64,000 bases of DNA from Mobula hypostoma (lineage: Eukaryota): positions 11,162,001 to 11,226,000 of the forward strand of contig NC_086109.1 in NCBI RefSeq assembly GCF_963921235.1. The letters are read 5' to 3'. The first letter of the stretch is position 1. The number at the start of each line of letters is the position of its first letter. This document shows, piece by piece, positions 10,571 through 24,772 of the stretch. Under the pieces are notes generated by a model. That model did no database searches, had not been told where the DNA came from, and saw only the letters and a list, made by a program, of their open reading frames with translations. Both the position numbers and the translations under genes were made by a program.

Positions 10571-11603
10571 ATATCTCTCTCTATATATATCACACACACA
10601 CACACACGGCAGTGAGGTCTTCATATTTCTGGAAATGTTTTAACAGAAACTTTTGCATTTTAGGAACAAAAAATACGGTTACTATTTTAGTCTTCCAAAG
10701 AATAGAGAGTAGTTTGATGTTGTGAATGTGAGGACATCCTGCTTAACGCTTGAATTTTTTTTTACATATACTTTGCTATATGGCAGGGTGATGGACTATA
10801 GGAGGCAAAAAGGAATGCTCCAAAGTGCATATCGGTAAAGAAGTATAATTCATTTTTATTCATGTATACACCCTAGCTACCTTCCCAAGATAGCAGGCAT
10901 TTCTTTATTTGTCTTGAGTTCGGCCATTTGAACACTGCAGTCATAGAGACGTGGCAGTTATAAACCAGCTGCTTCATTATGGCTGAGCTGGAATCTTTTA
11001 TCTTTTTAGTTCATTACACACAACAACTGAGCTTTCAGTGAAGTCGAGATCATCCTTATTTACTGATTGCCTCCTCTGATATCAAGATTATAGTTAGGAG
11101 TCTTCAGATTCCAGTGGGTGTACTTGAAGAATGAGAACAAAACAGTTCAGGTCAAGATAAGATAACCTTATTTAAAATAGGCTTTTTAAAAACAATTAGG
11201 AGACACTATGTTATTGTTTGTTTACTTCTATCAGTAATTCAGTTGATGTCTGATTAAAATATTTTTATTATATCATGTTAGGGTAGCATTGGAGAATAAT
11301 GTATGAACCATTTTTGTTTTTGAACGTTTGAAGTTTTACTTCATTTTGAGGGACCCACAGAAATTCATAATGCTGCTGTGAAACGATGATTGGAGGTGCT
11401 TTTGATGTCCATGATACGTTTAATTTTCCATTAACTTCGGTAAAGGAAGTAGTTCCTAGATAATTGGGTGGTGAGAAAATAAGTGACAATCTCTGTTATT
11501 GTATTTCATTTATATTACTTTAGTTATATCATTTTAAAACCTTTTTGGGATGATTCATTGCTGTGACCCTTTAACTCAAAATATCTTTGATGTGCTTTCA
11601 CAG

Positions 11604-11734
11604 ATTTACACAAGACAGGGACTCTGAAGCAGATTCATTGCTCTCAGTCACTACCTGGAACCCCACTCTCTTTGAAATCCTTTCCTATCAATCTCCCCAC
11701 ATCAATGGATGGAAAGTTTAAGGAGATTGCAGAG
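11604..11734 (+). CDS. AMPD2: AMP deaminase 2, first identified coding exon in window (131 nt)
   Basis: cacag|...|gtgagt. Encodes (D)LHKTGTLKQIHCSQSLPGTPLSLKSFPINLPTSMDGKFKEIAE, matching recalled AMPD2 SLPG...FPLDLRTSMDGKCKEIAE. Confidence 0.9.
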
Positions 11735-12239
11735 GTGAGTGATTAATCATTCAGCAGCTTTAGTTTGGTTGGAGGCTGACCTACTTAAAAAATGTCAGAA
11801 CTAAAGGTCCATTGTTCAGAACCTAATTAGTATGCCATGAATAGTAAACACAAGATTTTTAAAGTAGATGGTACATTATTGAGTGATTTCCTTTTGAACT
11901 TTCAGAAATGTTTTTTTCCATTCTCAGTGAATTTGCATAATTAATTTTTTTCTTTTTTTCGTCTGTTGCTGGTCCTGCTGCGTTATTACACCTACCTACT
12001 TAGTGAAGTACAAATTGAAATGTGGGATTCAATTTTGGTGTGCTACTGTGTTGAAATCTGAAGAAAATAAAACCATCCCAACAATTTAGTTTCAGCAAAT
12101 TCTGACCTTTTAAGGAATTGTACAAGAAAAAAAATTGATAAAAAAAATAGTGTAGTTGCACAAAGTTAACATATGCTGGATAATCTCTTGAAGTACTCTG
12201 GAGAATAATTTGTGTCGGAAGAGGAAACATTTTTGCTAT

Positions 12240-12515
12240 CCCAACCACAATCTGTTCCAGCTACTACCATCCGGGAAATGGTAGCACAGCATAAAAGCCA
12301 GGACCAACAGGCTCCAGGACAGCTTCTTCCACTAGGCCATCAGACTGATTAATTCATGCTTATACAATTGTATTTCTATTTTATATTGACTGTCCTGTTG
12401 TACATACTATTTATTAAAATTACTCTACATTACACATTTATACGGAGATGTAATTTAAAGATCTTTACTCGTATATATGAAGGATGTAAGTAATAAAGTC
12501 AATTTAATTCAATTA
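12240..12515 (+). mobile_element. Rex1/Babar LINE 3' fragment
   Basis: Matches the 3' end of the 18595-21390 element (AAAGCCAGGACCAACAGGCTCC...AATAAAGTCAATT tail). Confidence 0.75.
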
Positions 12516-13049
12516 AAATTGGATGCCTTGAGTGATATGTATGTTTTATGTTACCATATGATCAAAAATTAATGAATGCTGTTTAGCCACAAGGTTAGAA
12601 TGGTAATGTAGCAGTCAGCGTGACAGGATGTTGGAGTTCAGAGTTTAATCCCGGTGTCCTCTGTAAGGAGTCTGTACATCTTCCCCATGGAATGCATGGA
12701 TTTTCTCCAGGTGCTCTGGTTTCCTCAAACAGACAAAGGTGTACTGGTTAGTGGATTAATTGGTCAATGTAAATCGTCCTGTCATTGGGCCATGGTTAAA
12801 TCAGGGTTGCTGGCGGCACGGCTTGGAGGGCCAGAATTTTTTTTATCCCTATATGAAAAATAAAAATCTTGTCTTCATTAATCTTCCCATTGTTCTCTGA
12901 TATATTTGGGGGGAGAAAAGTTTGCTTAATCATTATTTAATCTATTTCACCTTTTGTTCTAACCTTCTCAAACCAGGTGTGACATAGAACATATAGAACA
13001 GGAACAGGCCCTTCGGCCTCATGGTCTGTGCTAAGCATGTTAGAATATT

Positions 13050-13720
13050 GAACAATTCCAGATAATTCAACCCAGCCAAGTGTGAAGTGGTTCATTTTGG
13101 TAGATCAAATTTGAAGACAGAGTATAATAATGGTAAGACTCTTGGCGGTGCAGAGGATCAGTGAGATCTTGGGGTCCTTGTCCATAGGACACTCAAAGCT
13201 GCAGTGCAGGTTGACAGTGTTGTTAAGAAGGCGTATGGTGTGTTGGCCTTTATCAAGTTCAAGATCCGTGAAGTAATGTTACAGCTATATAAGACCTTAG
13301 TTGGATCCTACTTAGAGTACTGTGTTCAGTTCTAGTCACCTCATTACAGGAGGGATGTGGATACTATAGAGAGAGTGCAGAGGAAATTTACAAGGATGTT
13401 GCCTGGATTGGGGAGCATGCCTTATGAGAATAGGTTGAGTGAACTTGGCCTTTTCTCCTTGGAGCAACGGAGGATGAGAAGTGACCTGTTAGAGGTGTAT
13501 AAGATGATGAGAGGTATTGATTGTGATGAGAGGCATTTTCCTTAGGACTGAAATGACTAACACAACGGGGCATAGTTTTAAGGTGCTCAGAAACAGGTAC
13601 AAGATGGATGTCAGAGGTAAGCTTTTCACACAGAGTGGTGAGTGCATGAAAAGCGCTGCCAGTGACGGTGGTAGAGGCAGATACAATAGGGTCTTTTAAG
13701 AGACTCTTAGATAGGTACAT
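13050..13720 (+). mobile_element. CR1 LINE 3' fragment
   Basis: IERVQRKFTRMLPGL...LGLFSLEQRRMRSDLLEVYKMMRG, the CR1 ORF2 C-terminus. Confidence 0.85.
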
Positions 13721-14247
13721 AGTGTTTAGAAGTAATGTGCTCTGGACTTCTATGTTTCCATGCTTAAATTCCCTTCCGCCTGCACACAGGTTTATTGTCA
13801 ATGTATTATATGACATGAAATTTGTCGTTTTGTGCAACGTAACCATGCAAAGACAAAATTGCTATAAATTATGAAATAAATAGATAGTGAAAACAAGGAA
13901 AATGCAGTAGTGTTGATGGACTGTTGTATTCATGTGCCTTTATAAAAGCCTCTTGAACGCCACTGTCATATCTGCCTCCACTATCACCCGTGGCAGCACA
14001 TTCCAGGCACCTACCACAATCTATACATAATTTTAAAAAAACCTGTCCTGTACATTCCCGTTAAATTTTCACATTTCTACCTTTGGTGGGGGTGGGGGGG
14101 TGAGATTCTGTCTTCCCTATCCATGCCTCTCATAGTTTTACAAACTTCTATCAGTGTTCATTTGCTGCATCTTATGTTTAGATTTATCAATTTAACAAAA
14201 CCGTTCTCTACCCCACAATGCCAGAAGTATTGCATACAAAGTGTCTG

Positions 14248-14385
14248 AGTCCTGATGAAGGGTCTCAGCCCAAAACATCAACTGTTTATTCATTTCCATT
14301 GATGCTGCCTGATCTGCAGAGTTCCTCCAGCATTTACTTTGTGTTACTCTGGATGTCCAGCATCTGCTGAATCTCTTGTGTTTAT
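14248..14385 (+). mobile_element. Penelope-like pseudo-LTR fragment with decayed hammerhead
   Basis: AGTCCTGATGAAGGGTCTCAGCCCAAAACATCAACT...TCCAGCATCTGC. Confidence 0.7.
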
Positions 14386-14596
14386 GCCCAAAATATTTTC
14401 TTATTGATAAATTCACTGATGAAATTTTGAAAAAACTAGATCTGCAGGAAAACTTAGTCATGTTCTATTGGATTTGAATTGACGTTTTAATGAATTACTC
14501 TTGTATCACATGAACTATGTCAGTAATTCCAGATGTTTAATGTGTGACATGAGAGTTTATTTGAACCCCCATTTGCTTTTTTATTTATGACATCAG

Positions 14597-14727
14597 GAGC
14601 TGTTCACTCGATCTTTAACTGAAAGTGACATGAGGACTGCTCCCTATGAATTTCCAGAGGAGAGTCCCATCGAACAACTGGAGGAGAGGCGACAACGATT
14701 GGAGCGTCAGATCAGCCAGGATGTGAG
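14597..14727 (+). CDS. AMPD2: AMP deaminase 2 exon (131 nt)
   Basis: catcag|...|gtagtt. Encodes [43 protein letters not shown], diagnostic for AMPD2. Confidence 0.97.
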
Positions 14728-16925
14728 GTAGTTGAGGTTTCATAGTATTTGACTTTAGTTCACTCTGCAAGAAAACATGAAGGAGAGTGCTGTAGTGAGA
14801 AGTAGGTTATCTTGAGGCTCTGCAGTAGTTCAGTAAGCTAAAGTGGAGAAATATTTCACTTTTGTATTTCTTTTGCTGTAAGTTCATTTTGCATTGATTA
14901 GGAACTATTTGAAAGACTTTATTGCTCCAGGCATTTGGTCTGAATGGACATTTTATCAGTAGACTGGAGTTAATTAGCTGAAGGCTGCCTATTATATGTT
15001 TTCTTGCACTGTTGTGGATTTTTTTTGTTATTTTTGATTATATTATTTCATATTGAGTGTTCACATTGCCTCTGGATAAAACATCAAGTTATTAAAGAAT
15101 TACAGAACTTCTTAAAAAACATTGCTGTTAATTATGAATGAAAAATATAATATTGACAAAGGACAGTTGTTATTAGCAAATGGCAGAGAAAAGCTAACAA
15201 AATCCTATATTACTACTGGTCAATTTTATTTCACGATGGCCTCTCTGTTTCGAAGAGTTGACTGATTATGATACTTGTGCACTTGTCAAGCTTTGTGTGA
15301 TAAATCAGATAGAAGATTCATCACAGGTATGAATGCTGAAAATACAGATAATTGCTGTGCAAATACTTGCTTATATTGGACAAGCTGAAGTGTGCTGCAG
15401 TTAAGCATTACAAGTAATTTAGACATCATTAATTCTTGCTGTTTGTCGTCTGCCAAACAAGTGATCCATAAAACACTATCCATTAGTCATAACAAATGTG
15501 ATCAAATGAAATTTATCTTGACAAAGAGGTATAATTGTCATGCTTGAGCTAAGGAATAAGAAGAGTAAAGGGGCAAGGATGAAATGTTCTGGTCATGCAT
15601 ACAGGCACTGCACACTCTTACTTCACTAGAAGCTGCTTTTTCTTGTGAAGTGGTATTGTAAATGGAACTTGGTGCAGCCAGGAATTTGAAATTTGTCCGA
15701 TCTTCAAGTAAGCCTATTTCGATTGGATAATTTGACCAGTTCTCTTTAGGTAAAGGTAGTTAGAATGCTTAAATAAAACCTGGTGCTCTTGCCTTCAGAA
15801 AAACTGAAGTGATGGTGTCGAATATTCACGTGCTGCTCCACATGAAGAAGTGGTTGTGACCAGACTTTTTAAAAAAAAAATAAAGATGCAGGGGAAGGAA
15901 GACTCAAACTTTTTCCATCTTTAACAGTGCTTGTGTATTTAACTGTAAGCTATGTCCCAAGATCCTATTTTAGCACAAATTAGTAATATTTTATTCTAAG
16001 CATCTGATTTTTCTCGTCTGCTCAGGTTTATCCTGGTCCAGCACTTTGTTGCCACCATTCTGCTTGCTATGCATTTCTGTTGTAAAGCTTCAAGTGCTCT
16101 CACAGTAACTTAATCAATGGCAAGTGGAATTGACAATCCCATGTGCTTTATAATATTTTATTCATGACTCATTTTCATTTCTTGGTTGTTTCTTTAAACA
16201 GCTGTCAAAAGTTAAGATTAATATTGATGAAATGCTGATAATCTGAACAAGATTGTGAGTAGTTTTGTCTATGCTGAAGGACCTCCCAATGTTATAGAAG
16301 GTAGAGTAGTTTAGGGCCTTTGGCCCATGATGTGGTGCCAGCCTTATAACCTACTCTAAGAGTAGTCTAACCCTTCTTTCCCCTTCCAAACATAGCCCTC
16401 CATTTTTTCATTCATCCATGTGTCTGTCTAAGAGTCTCTTAAATGTCCCCAATGTAACTGCCTCTATTAGTACCCCCAGCAGCGTGTTCAACAACTACTG
16501 CTCTCTGCGTACAGAAAAAAATATCTCCCTGATATCCCCTTTGAATTTGCCCCCAATCACCTTAAAGATATGCACCCTCATACGTGTCATTTCCACCTTG
16601 GGAAAAAGTCCCTGGCTGTCTGTTTGTCAATTTAATTTGTACTGAGAACAGTGCAAACAACTAAGTGTAAATGAGAAATATTTTGAAATCTACACAATGG
16701 AATAACTTAATGTATATGGCACTCTGATATTAGTCAAGAAGTTTGAAGGGGGGGGAGTATTCAAAACTGCATTAAATTGTGAAAATAACTTGTGATTTGG
16801 CACAGCTTGTGAACTGCAGTTAGAATATGTGTGCTCACTGGTGGATTAACTGGCTTGTTTTCTCTGTTTTCCACTTCCCCTTTCTCTCCTTGCATCTTTG
16901 CCTTCCTTCTGCCTGCCATCCCCAG

Positions 16926-16994
16926 ACTAGAACCAGAAATTTTACTCAGAGCCAAACAGGACTTCATGAAAATTGACAGCGCTGCAGATCTACA
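16926..16994 (+). CDS. AMPD2: AMP deaminase 2 exon (69 nt)
   Basis: Long polypyrimidine tract, cccag|...|gtgagt. Encodes LEPEILLRAKQDFMKIDSAADL. Confidence 0.95.
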
Positions 16995-18114
16995 GTGAGT
17001 CATCCTGCACTCCGCGGACATGGAGTGCTTCCTTCGTGTGGTACCAGTCATGTAGCTACAGAACGGACATGCATGATCTCTGCTTTCTGTTTCTTTTTGA
17101 CCTTTCCCAGGTGTTGATTTACATGAACGTCTACTCTAGAGGGTTCTTTGACCTTTCATCTGCCTTTTCACATTTAATCAAGGTATCCAGTGGCAGAAAG
17201 ACAGATTAATAATCTCAGTTCAAGCTAAGATTAATTGCTCTTTAAAGTAATGAAATTCTGTCAGTCATTTTTTTCCTGTATTTTCATACAGCTAAAATGA
17301 AAGGTAATTCTGCTGTGCCTGGTTTTGAAAACTTGATTTGAGCTTTGATATTTTGTTTTTCTAAATAGTAGATTAAAACTTTTAGGGGGTGGGGGAAAGG
17401 AAAACTTTTTGTTTCTTTTAGTTGATGTAATACACCATTAGGAATCTCAGTCATAGTTTTGTTTATTTGTTGTATTCTTTGTAAAAGTAATGGACGATGT
17501 AGACAAAGCCTGTTATTCTGTAACTACTGATTGTTAGAGTGTCTGAGACTTCCATAATCTCCAGGGAAAAAACTAGCTGTAGTGGAGCCATTAACAACTG
17601 CAACTTCCATCTGGCCATGTAAAGTTTCTAACTACCAAAAGTGTTTCAGAGACCTATCTTGGCAAATTTACCATGCACAGTTGTGGGTCAAAGCCATTTA
17701 CTGTGCATTGGTCTGAATTTGCATGCTATTCTTAGCCTTTGCACAATGCCTTCTATCTAACAGCACAACTGAGGTTAACACTTCTAGAAAGGAGAAGTGC
17801 AAGGAAACCCACTGGTTAACTCCATGGGACTATTTGTTGGACTTGAGTTGGACAACACTAGAATCCCTCTCTGAGTTCTTAATCTACTGCACTCATAGAA
17901 CACAGAGCATGAAACAGTACAGCACAGGAACAGGCTCTTCGTTTCATTGTGTTGTGCTGAACCAAATAAATTAGTAATCAAATGACCAACTAGACTATTT
18001 GTTATGCCTACACAATGTCCATATCCCTCAAATTCACGTAATCATGCATATCGTAAAAGGCCCTAATATGCCTGCTTCTACCATCAACCCGTTTTGTTTT
18101 AAAGATTTTGTGTT

Positions 18115-18510
18115 TGGATTGGGTGGAGATACATCTCTACTGAAGGAGGTCTAAAGTTCTCCTTCCCTCTACTAGCCTATAGGTCACACTTGGGCAAGGT
18201 GTAGCACCTACTTAGCCCCCAGCCCTCTGCCCCCCCACCCCCCCAGTCAGGGTCATGTGAAGCCATAGGATCTGGTGGTGGATGGCAGTATGAGTGGCAG
18301 ACGCATATCACAAGTCCTGGGTATGCGACCACTGACACCAGGCAGACAGTCTCTGAAGTGTATTGTTAATGGCTGGGGTCACCTGTCTTGTAAAGACACT
18401 GCCCAGAAGAAGGCAATGGCAAACCACCTCTGTAGAAAAACATTGGCAAGAATAATCATAGTCAAAGACCATTATCGCCCACATCATATGACACAGCATG
18501 TGATGATTTC
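18115..18510 (+). mobile_element. Non-autonomous element with RTE-type 3' tail
   Basis: Ends in ATCGCCCACATCATATGACACAGCATG plus TGATGAT, similar to RTE termini. No coding capacity. Confidence 0.45.
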
Positions 18511-18594
18511 TGGATATTGTTGAAAATTGGGATGGCTTTGTCATAGCAATATTTCCACAGCCAGATCAGTACTAATAGCAGGAATTGAGAGAAC

Positions 18595-21390
18595 TAGAGA
18601 CAAGGGAGAAGGGCCAGCGTCCTGGTGAGGCTGAGACAGCATGCGAATTGGCTGCCGCTCCCTAGCATACTCCTGACTAACATTCACTCCCTGGATAACA
18701 AGGTTTGTGAACTGAGAGCCAGAATCTCCTGTCAGCAGGAAACAAAGGAATGCAACATGTTGTGCTTTGTGGAGACCTGGCTGATGGAGGAGATACCGGA
18801 TCATGCCATCGAGCCCTCTGGGTTCTCCCTGTTCCGGGTGGACAGGTGGAAAAACCTCACTGGGAAGAATAAATGAGGAGGGGTATGCTTCATGGTCGAC
18901 AATGCTCGGTGAGACCCCCAGAATGTACATGCTCTCAAATCCTTTTGTTCCCCAGACCTGGAATACTTAACGTTGCTGTGTAGACCTTACTGACTGCCTA
19001 GGGAGTTCATGGCTGTTATCATCACAGTGGTGTACATTCCGCTGCAGGCTGATACTGACCTGGCTCTCAAGGAATTGTACGAGACCATCAACACGCTGGA
19101 GACTGCCCACCCAGAGGCTGCCTTCATCGTCGCCAGTGACTTTAATAGTGTCGCTGACGAAAGTCTCTCCAAAGTTTTGTCAGCACATCCAGGTGAGCAC
19201 TCGTGGAGATAAGTTACTTGACCACTGTTACACTCCCTTCCGCAAGGCTTACAAAGCTCTCCTTCACCCAGCTTTTGGAAAATCAGATCAATCCTGCTTT
19301 TTTCGATGTACAGGCAGAAGCTGAAACAAGAGGTGGCCATAGTTAAAACCGTCCACTGTTGGTCCGACCAATCGGCCTCCATGCTGCAGGACTGCTTCAA
19401 TGATGTCGACTGGAATGTCTTCCATGATGAGGATGTCTGAGTTCACGGATAGAGTCACATGCTTCATCTGGAAGTGCATCAACGATGTTGTCCCCCAGAA
19501 GTTGATCAGGGTCTTCCCAAACCAGAAACCCTGGATCAGTAGTTCCGTGCGAGCAGCACTTGCAGCACGACATCGAGCTTACATCGCTGGTGATCGGCTG
19601 GAGCTCAAAAAAAAAAGCATTTATGATCTGTGCAGAGCTTTCAAGGCTGTGAAACAACAATATAGGCAGAAGACTGAGTCAGGATTCACAATGAATAGCA
19701 CATGTGCCCTTGTGGCAAGGGCTGCATACCATCGCAGACTTCAAAGCCAAACATTGTGGTGCCACCAACATCATGGCCTGTCTCCCAAATGAGCTCAATC
19801 GCTTTTACGCTCGGTTTGATGTTGCTAACCTTGAGCCTCCGGGGAAAGCCACCGCTATAGCCTGCAACCTGGTCATCTCTGAGATTGAGGTACTCGGATG
19901 TTTCCAACGAGTGGACAGTTGCAAGGCTGCAGGACCGGATGGCATTCCAGAGCGAGTACTCAGGATATGCACAGTACAACTGGCAGGTGTGTTTACTGAC
20001 ATTTTTAATCGTCCGTCTCCCAGTGTAGAGTTCTATCCTGCTTCAAATTATTCAACATTGTCCCTGTACCAAAAAAGACCAGGGTAACATGCCTGAACGA
20101 CTGGTGTCCTGTCGCACACACCTCAATAAAAGCAAATGCTTTGAAAGGCTCGTCAAGGATTACATCTGCAGTTTGCTGCCACCCAAACTGGACAACCTAC
20201 AATTCGCCTACTGACAGAACCAATTGACAGGTGGCGTAATAGCCACTGCTCTACATACCGTCCTTACACACCTGGAGAAGAAGGATGCTTATGTGAGAAT
20301 GCTGTTCTTGGACTACAGTTCAGCATTCAACACCATAGTTACGTCCGGGCTCGACAGGAAGCTCAGAGATCTCGGCCTTGGCCCTGCCTTGTGCAGCTGG
20401 ATCCTGGACTTCCTGTCAGCTCGCCAGCAGGTGGTAAGAGTGGGCTCCCTCACCTCCACGCCTCCGACTCTCAATACAGGAGCCCCTCAGGGCTGTGTAC
20501 TGAGTTCCCTCCTTTAGTCCCTGTATATCCATGACTGTCGCCATCCACAGCTCCAATCCGCTAATTAAATTTGCCGATGACACTACATTGATTGCCCTTA
20601 TCTCAAACAATAACGAGTTGGCCTACAGGGAAGAATTAATCTCTCTGACACAGTGCTGTCAAGAAAACCACCTCTGCCTCAATGTTGCAAAAACAAAGGA
20701 GCTGGTAATGGATCACAGGAGGAATGGAGACTGGCTAACTTCTTGACATCAATGGATCTGGGGTTGAGAGGGTAAACAGCTTTAAGTTCTTCAGCATCCA
20801 CATCACTGAGGACCTCACGTGGTCTGTACACACCAGCTGTGTGATGAAAAAGGCACAACAGCGCCCCTTTCACCTCAGATGGTTGAGAAGGTTTGATATG
20901 GGCCTCCAAATCCTAAGAACTTTCTACAGGGGCACAATTGAGAGCATCCTGACTGGCTGCCTCATTGCCTGGTATGGGAACTGTACCTCCGTTAATCTCG
21001 GGACTCTGCAGAGAGTGGTGCGGATAGCCCAGCGCATCTGTAGTTGTTAACTTCTCATGATTCGGGACATTTACAAGGACAGGTGTGTTAAAAGGGCCCA
21101 TAGGATTATTGGGGACCCAAGTCACCCCAACCACAATCTATTCCAGCTGCTGTTATCCACGGAGCAGTACTTCAGCATAAAAGCCAGGACCAACAGGCTC
21201 CGGGACAGCTTCTTCCACCAGGCCATCAAACTGATTAACTCCCGCTGATTTGGGTGTACTCTATATTACATTGACTGTTCTGTTTATTATAAATTACTAT
21301 GATTGCACATTGCACATTTAGATGGAGACATAACAAAGATCTTTACTCATTTATGTGAAGGTTGTATGAAATAAAGTCAATTCAATTCAC
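18595..21390 (+). mobile_element. Rex1/Babar-clade LINE with a near-complete but disrupted endonuclease-RT ORF
   Basis: LPSILLTNIHSLDNK...CFVETWL (APE); KAAGPDGIP; LFLDYSSAFNTI; GAPQGCVLSSLL; KFADDTT; FYRGTIESILT; 3' tail AATAAAGTCAATTCAATTCA. Multiple stops and frameshifts. Confidence 0.9.
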
Positions 21391-22005
21391 AGAAAAAAAG
21401 ATTACAAGGGAAACATTATCCTAAAAGCCAGTGAGAACAGACAAATATCATTGCAATTTTTCTGAGATGGTGACCTTGGATTTGTAGAAATTTTGGAATC
21501 TTTTCAGATGAGCTTAGTTGCAATTGCTGTCCAGTAATCAGATCTAAATGCCATGCTGGTTTTAATGAAGTACTGAGTAATTAGTACACAAGGTGAAGAC
21601 ATTTTCAGTCTGTGAAGCTTCTTTTTTCTAAGAATAGGAACAGTAATAATCTATTACTGTTTTAGGTCTATTTCACTGGCTAATTAGATCAAGACTGAAA
21701 GATCATTTATCAACAATGGACTTAATGAAACCCAGGGATGAATGAGCAGGCATGGACTATTATCCTCTGAAGAGTAGAAGATCAAAAGAACTCTTTGGAA
21801 ATACACAGCCATTAGACAATGTGGACATGAAGAAGTAGGTCCCAATTATTTACAATATAATACAGGGAACAAAAGACTCATTTCCATGTAAAATTTAAAA
21901 TATATCATAAACCTGACCTTACCCATCCCAGTCATGGTCAATGTGAACGTTAGCTTATTTTCTTTTCATACCTGACTTAATCCAGTCATAACCTTAAATA
22001 TAATA

Positions 22006-22530
22006 CAGTAGATTCTGGTTAGTTGGGTCATCGGCTAATCAGAGGAAGCCACATATTGGGGACAATTCTTGAAGAACAAAAGCAGATTGAGGAAATAGCC
22101 AGGAATCCCCTTTGGGACAATATGTCACATAATTGGGACAGGAGACTGTATCAACAAGCGTCAAGTTCTAACAAGCGTCAGTCGCTGCACATCGTGTGGC
22201 GCTTGGACACTGCACCACGCTTAGAGCAAACAGTTTTTAAATGGTGTCACTTGCATTTTTGTGTTCAAAAAGCAATGAATTTTGTCACTGATAGTTGGTG
22301 AGAAAGAAATAGCAAGGCAATTTAAAACTGTTTTGCTCACTGTGGTTTTAAGCATTTAGGCTTGGAGATGCCAGGAATACCTGGGAGTGAAAATGAAATA
22401 ATTTCACTACTTCAACAAGGAACCTCGATGAAATTTAAGGTATTGATATCATCTTGAATGTTACAATTAAAATTAAGTCTTGGAGGATGCAATAATTGAA
22501 AACACTATCTGTACTGATTTTGTTATATTT
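22006..22530 (+). mobile_element. Tc1/mariner-superfamily (Tigger/pogo-like) non-autonomous element, partial
   Basis: TA|CAGTAGATTCTGGTTAGTTGGG terminus. Body matches 52538-54139 in the opposite orientation. Confidence 0.6.
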
Positions 22531-22892
22531 GGCAAATAGTGTTTTAAAAAAACAGTGGATAACTTACAAATCATGAAAAATCAATTTGATCTGGCTAAAA
22601 TACTGAACCAATCCTGTATAACCTAAGCACTGACACATTATTGCACTGTACACTTAACACAACCCAATCCTTTTTGGTTTGATTAGGTAGCCAATTTCTG
22701 CAAGGGAGCACAAATAGAGGGGAAAATGAATTTTGAGTGGAGATGCATTTATATAGAGTGGTGAAAGCTCACTGAAACTTTGAATGCTTGAAGTGGCTGA
22801 TGTTGATGCATTGCATTAGAGCTGACTGCACACACATGTAAGAATGGAAATGGTATGAAAGTTTCGCAGATAATAGGAACTAAAATAGGTTG

Positions 22893-23035
22893 TGGTTGGG
22901 GTGACTTGGGTCCCCAATAATCCTATGGGTCCTTTTTACATACCTGTCCTTGTAAATGTCCTGAATCATGGGAAGTTCACAACTACAGATGCGCTGGGCT
23001 ATCCGCACCACTCTCTGCAGAGTCCCGTGATTAAG
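22893..23035 (-). mobile_element. Rex1/Babar LINE fragment
   Basis: Reverse complement of ~20990-21135. Confidence 0.8.
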
Positions 23036-23599
23036 TGAGGGGTATTTGGAGTGCGAGGACGCTTCTGTGCAATATGTTGGATCATGTGTTTGTTTCTGAG
23101 CATTAGTTATTAGGGAAACTGTAGCTGGTGCTTTTTTTTTAATGAGGATGTTGTAGTCAGGTAAACCAGGAGGATCTCACTATGTAGCAGTAGTTTGGAA
23201 CACCTGTTTATCAAGCCCCTGGGAATATCAAGCTGATGTTTTGAGGAAAGTCTTTTATGTGACATTAATGCTAAAATTGAAGTTTTTAAAATGCAGATTC
23301 TCAATTCTTTGAGAGGAAGTAATGCTCTTGGGTCCATATAGAATGTGCTTATCAAACTGATTGTTTACACTTATGTTTGTTTTAGTTTTGTGAGTTTTAA
23401 TGTTTATAACAAGTTATCTTATGTTTACTTTAACAGGTAACGTTTGTGATTGTGAATTCCCATCAATGATATAATATAATCTAGTAACTCATTTCTTCTG
23501 GCATTGAATTATTTTTGCAAATGAGTATACTTCAAGATCTGCCTTGTAGTGAACTCAGGTAAAATGTGTTGTGACCATTCTTCTGGACCTTTTCCTCAG

Positions 23600-23711
23600 A
23601 TATTACAAAGATCAAATTGATTCTGCAGTAGAGATACACCCAGAGGAGCAAGAGCATGATCTTCTTCAGGAATTCCAGCGGGTTAGCATATCAGGAGAAG
23701 AGAAGTGTGGG
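23600..23711 (+). CDS. AMPD2: AMP deaminase 2 exon (112 nt)
   Basis: ctcag|...|gtatga. Encodes YYKDQIDSAVEIHPEEQEHDLLQEFQRVSISGEEKCG. Confidence 0.93.
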
Positions 23712-24585
23712 GTATGACAACATTCATGTTCATTTTACTGACAAAATTGAGTGGGATTAGCTTCTTTGGTCTTCCACTCTGTAAAGTGAAATGTTTGCTT
23801 CAGAAACTTTTCATTAAACTTTTTTTATGAAATTTGATTCTTCCCCTTCAACTAGTCACATTATTGACATTTCTTTACATTTGCTTTAACCAAAGAATTT
23901 GTATTTCCTGATTTTTTTTTTAAAGCTTTCCATTAACAAAGGAAAGTTGAGTTACTCCCCCCTCACCCCCCCATCCCCATTTTTCTCTCCTCAGAGACAA
24001 GAAGCTAGAAGAATAGTTTTGATGCTTCAGTGCGCTGGACTATTCCATTGCTTTATCTGTATAATGGATGTCATTTCAGAAATGCTTTTCATTGATGTTC
24101 TTGCTATATTAATTTCTGCTAATTATTTTGTATGTAAGCAACCAATTATTAATTATGTTTGAATATTTGAAGTGGTTTATAATAATCACACTTCACCTTG
24201 CAATTGAACCATTGTATGAATTCTGTCACATTAGGTAGTCAGTATAGTTGGGCGTGTTAGGAGAAGGTGGGATTAAAATAATGTCTCCCACATGGAGAAG
24301 TATCTTCACCATTGTAATCATCTGAATCACATCTAAAACAAAATTGTCTTTGAATATCAGGAAATATCATGTGAATGATGAAATTCAGTACTGTAATGTT
24401 TACAATGTTGCAGCTTTTTATGAATAGAATATTGTGAGGCTTGAAAAGTCACTCACCGCTTTTAAGTATTTCATGATATTTTGTTCTTTTTCACTGGAAA
24501 TCAAGAAACCATTAATATATTCTATTGGGAGCTTCACCCACAAATAAGTAATTGTGGTTTCTAAATTTAGTGTTCTTTACCACAG

Positions 24586-24772
24586 GTCCCCTTCACTGAT
24601 CTTCTAGATGCTGCTAAGTGTGTTGTCAGAAGTCTTTTTATCCGAGAAAAGTACATGGCTTTATCCTTACAGAGCTTTGGTAAGACAACTAAAAGGTTCC
24701 TAGAGCAGCTGGGAGACAGGCAATGTCATATAAATTTGTATGATGAAATGCCAGAAACACCCATTTCACCAG
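24586..24772 (+). CDS. AMPD2: AMP deaminase 2 exon (187 nt)
   Basis: cacag|...|gtgagg. Encodes VPFTDLLDAAKCVVRSLFIREKYMALSLQSF...PETPISP. Confidence 0.96.

Noticed and set aside
10791..10834. ATG-initiated stretch ending at GTAAAG as an AMPD2 first exon
   Set aside because: It ends in phase 2, which is incompatible with the phase-1 start of the exon at 11604.
18115..18420. Ribozyme in the RTE-tailed element (CTGAAGTG resembles a hammerhead box)
   Set aside because: The box is imperfect, and I found no matching GAAA/stem arrangement or convincing HDV topology.
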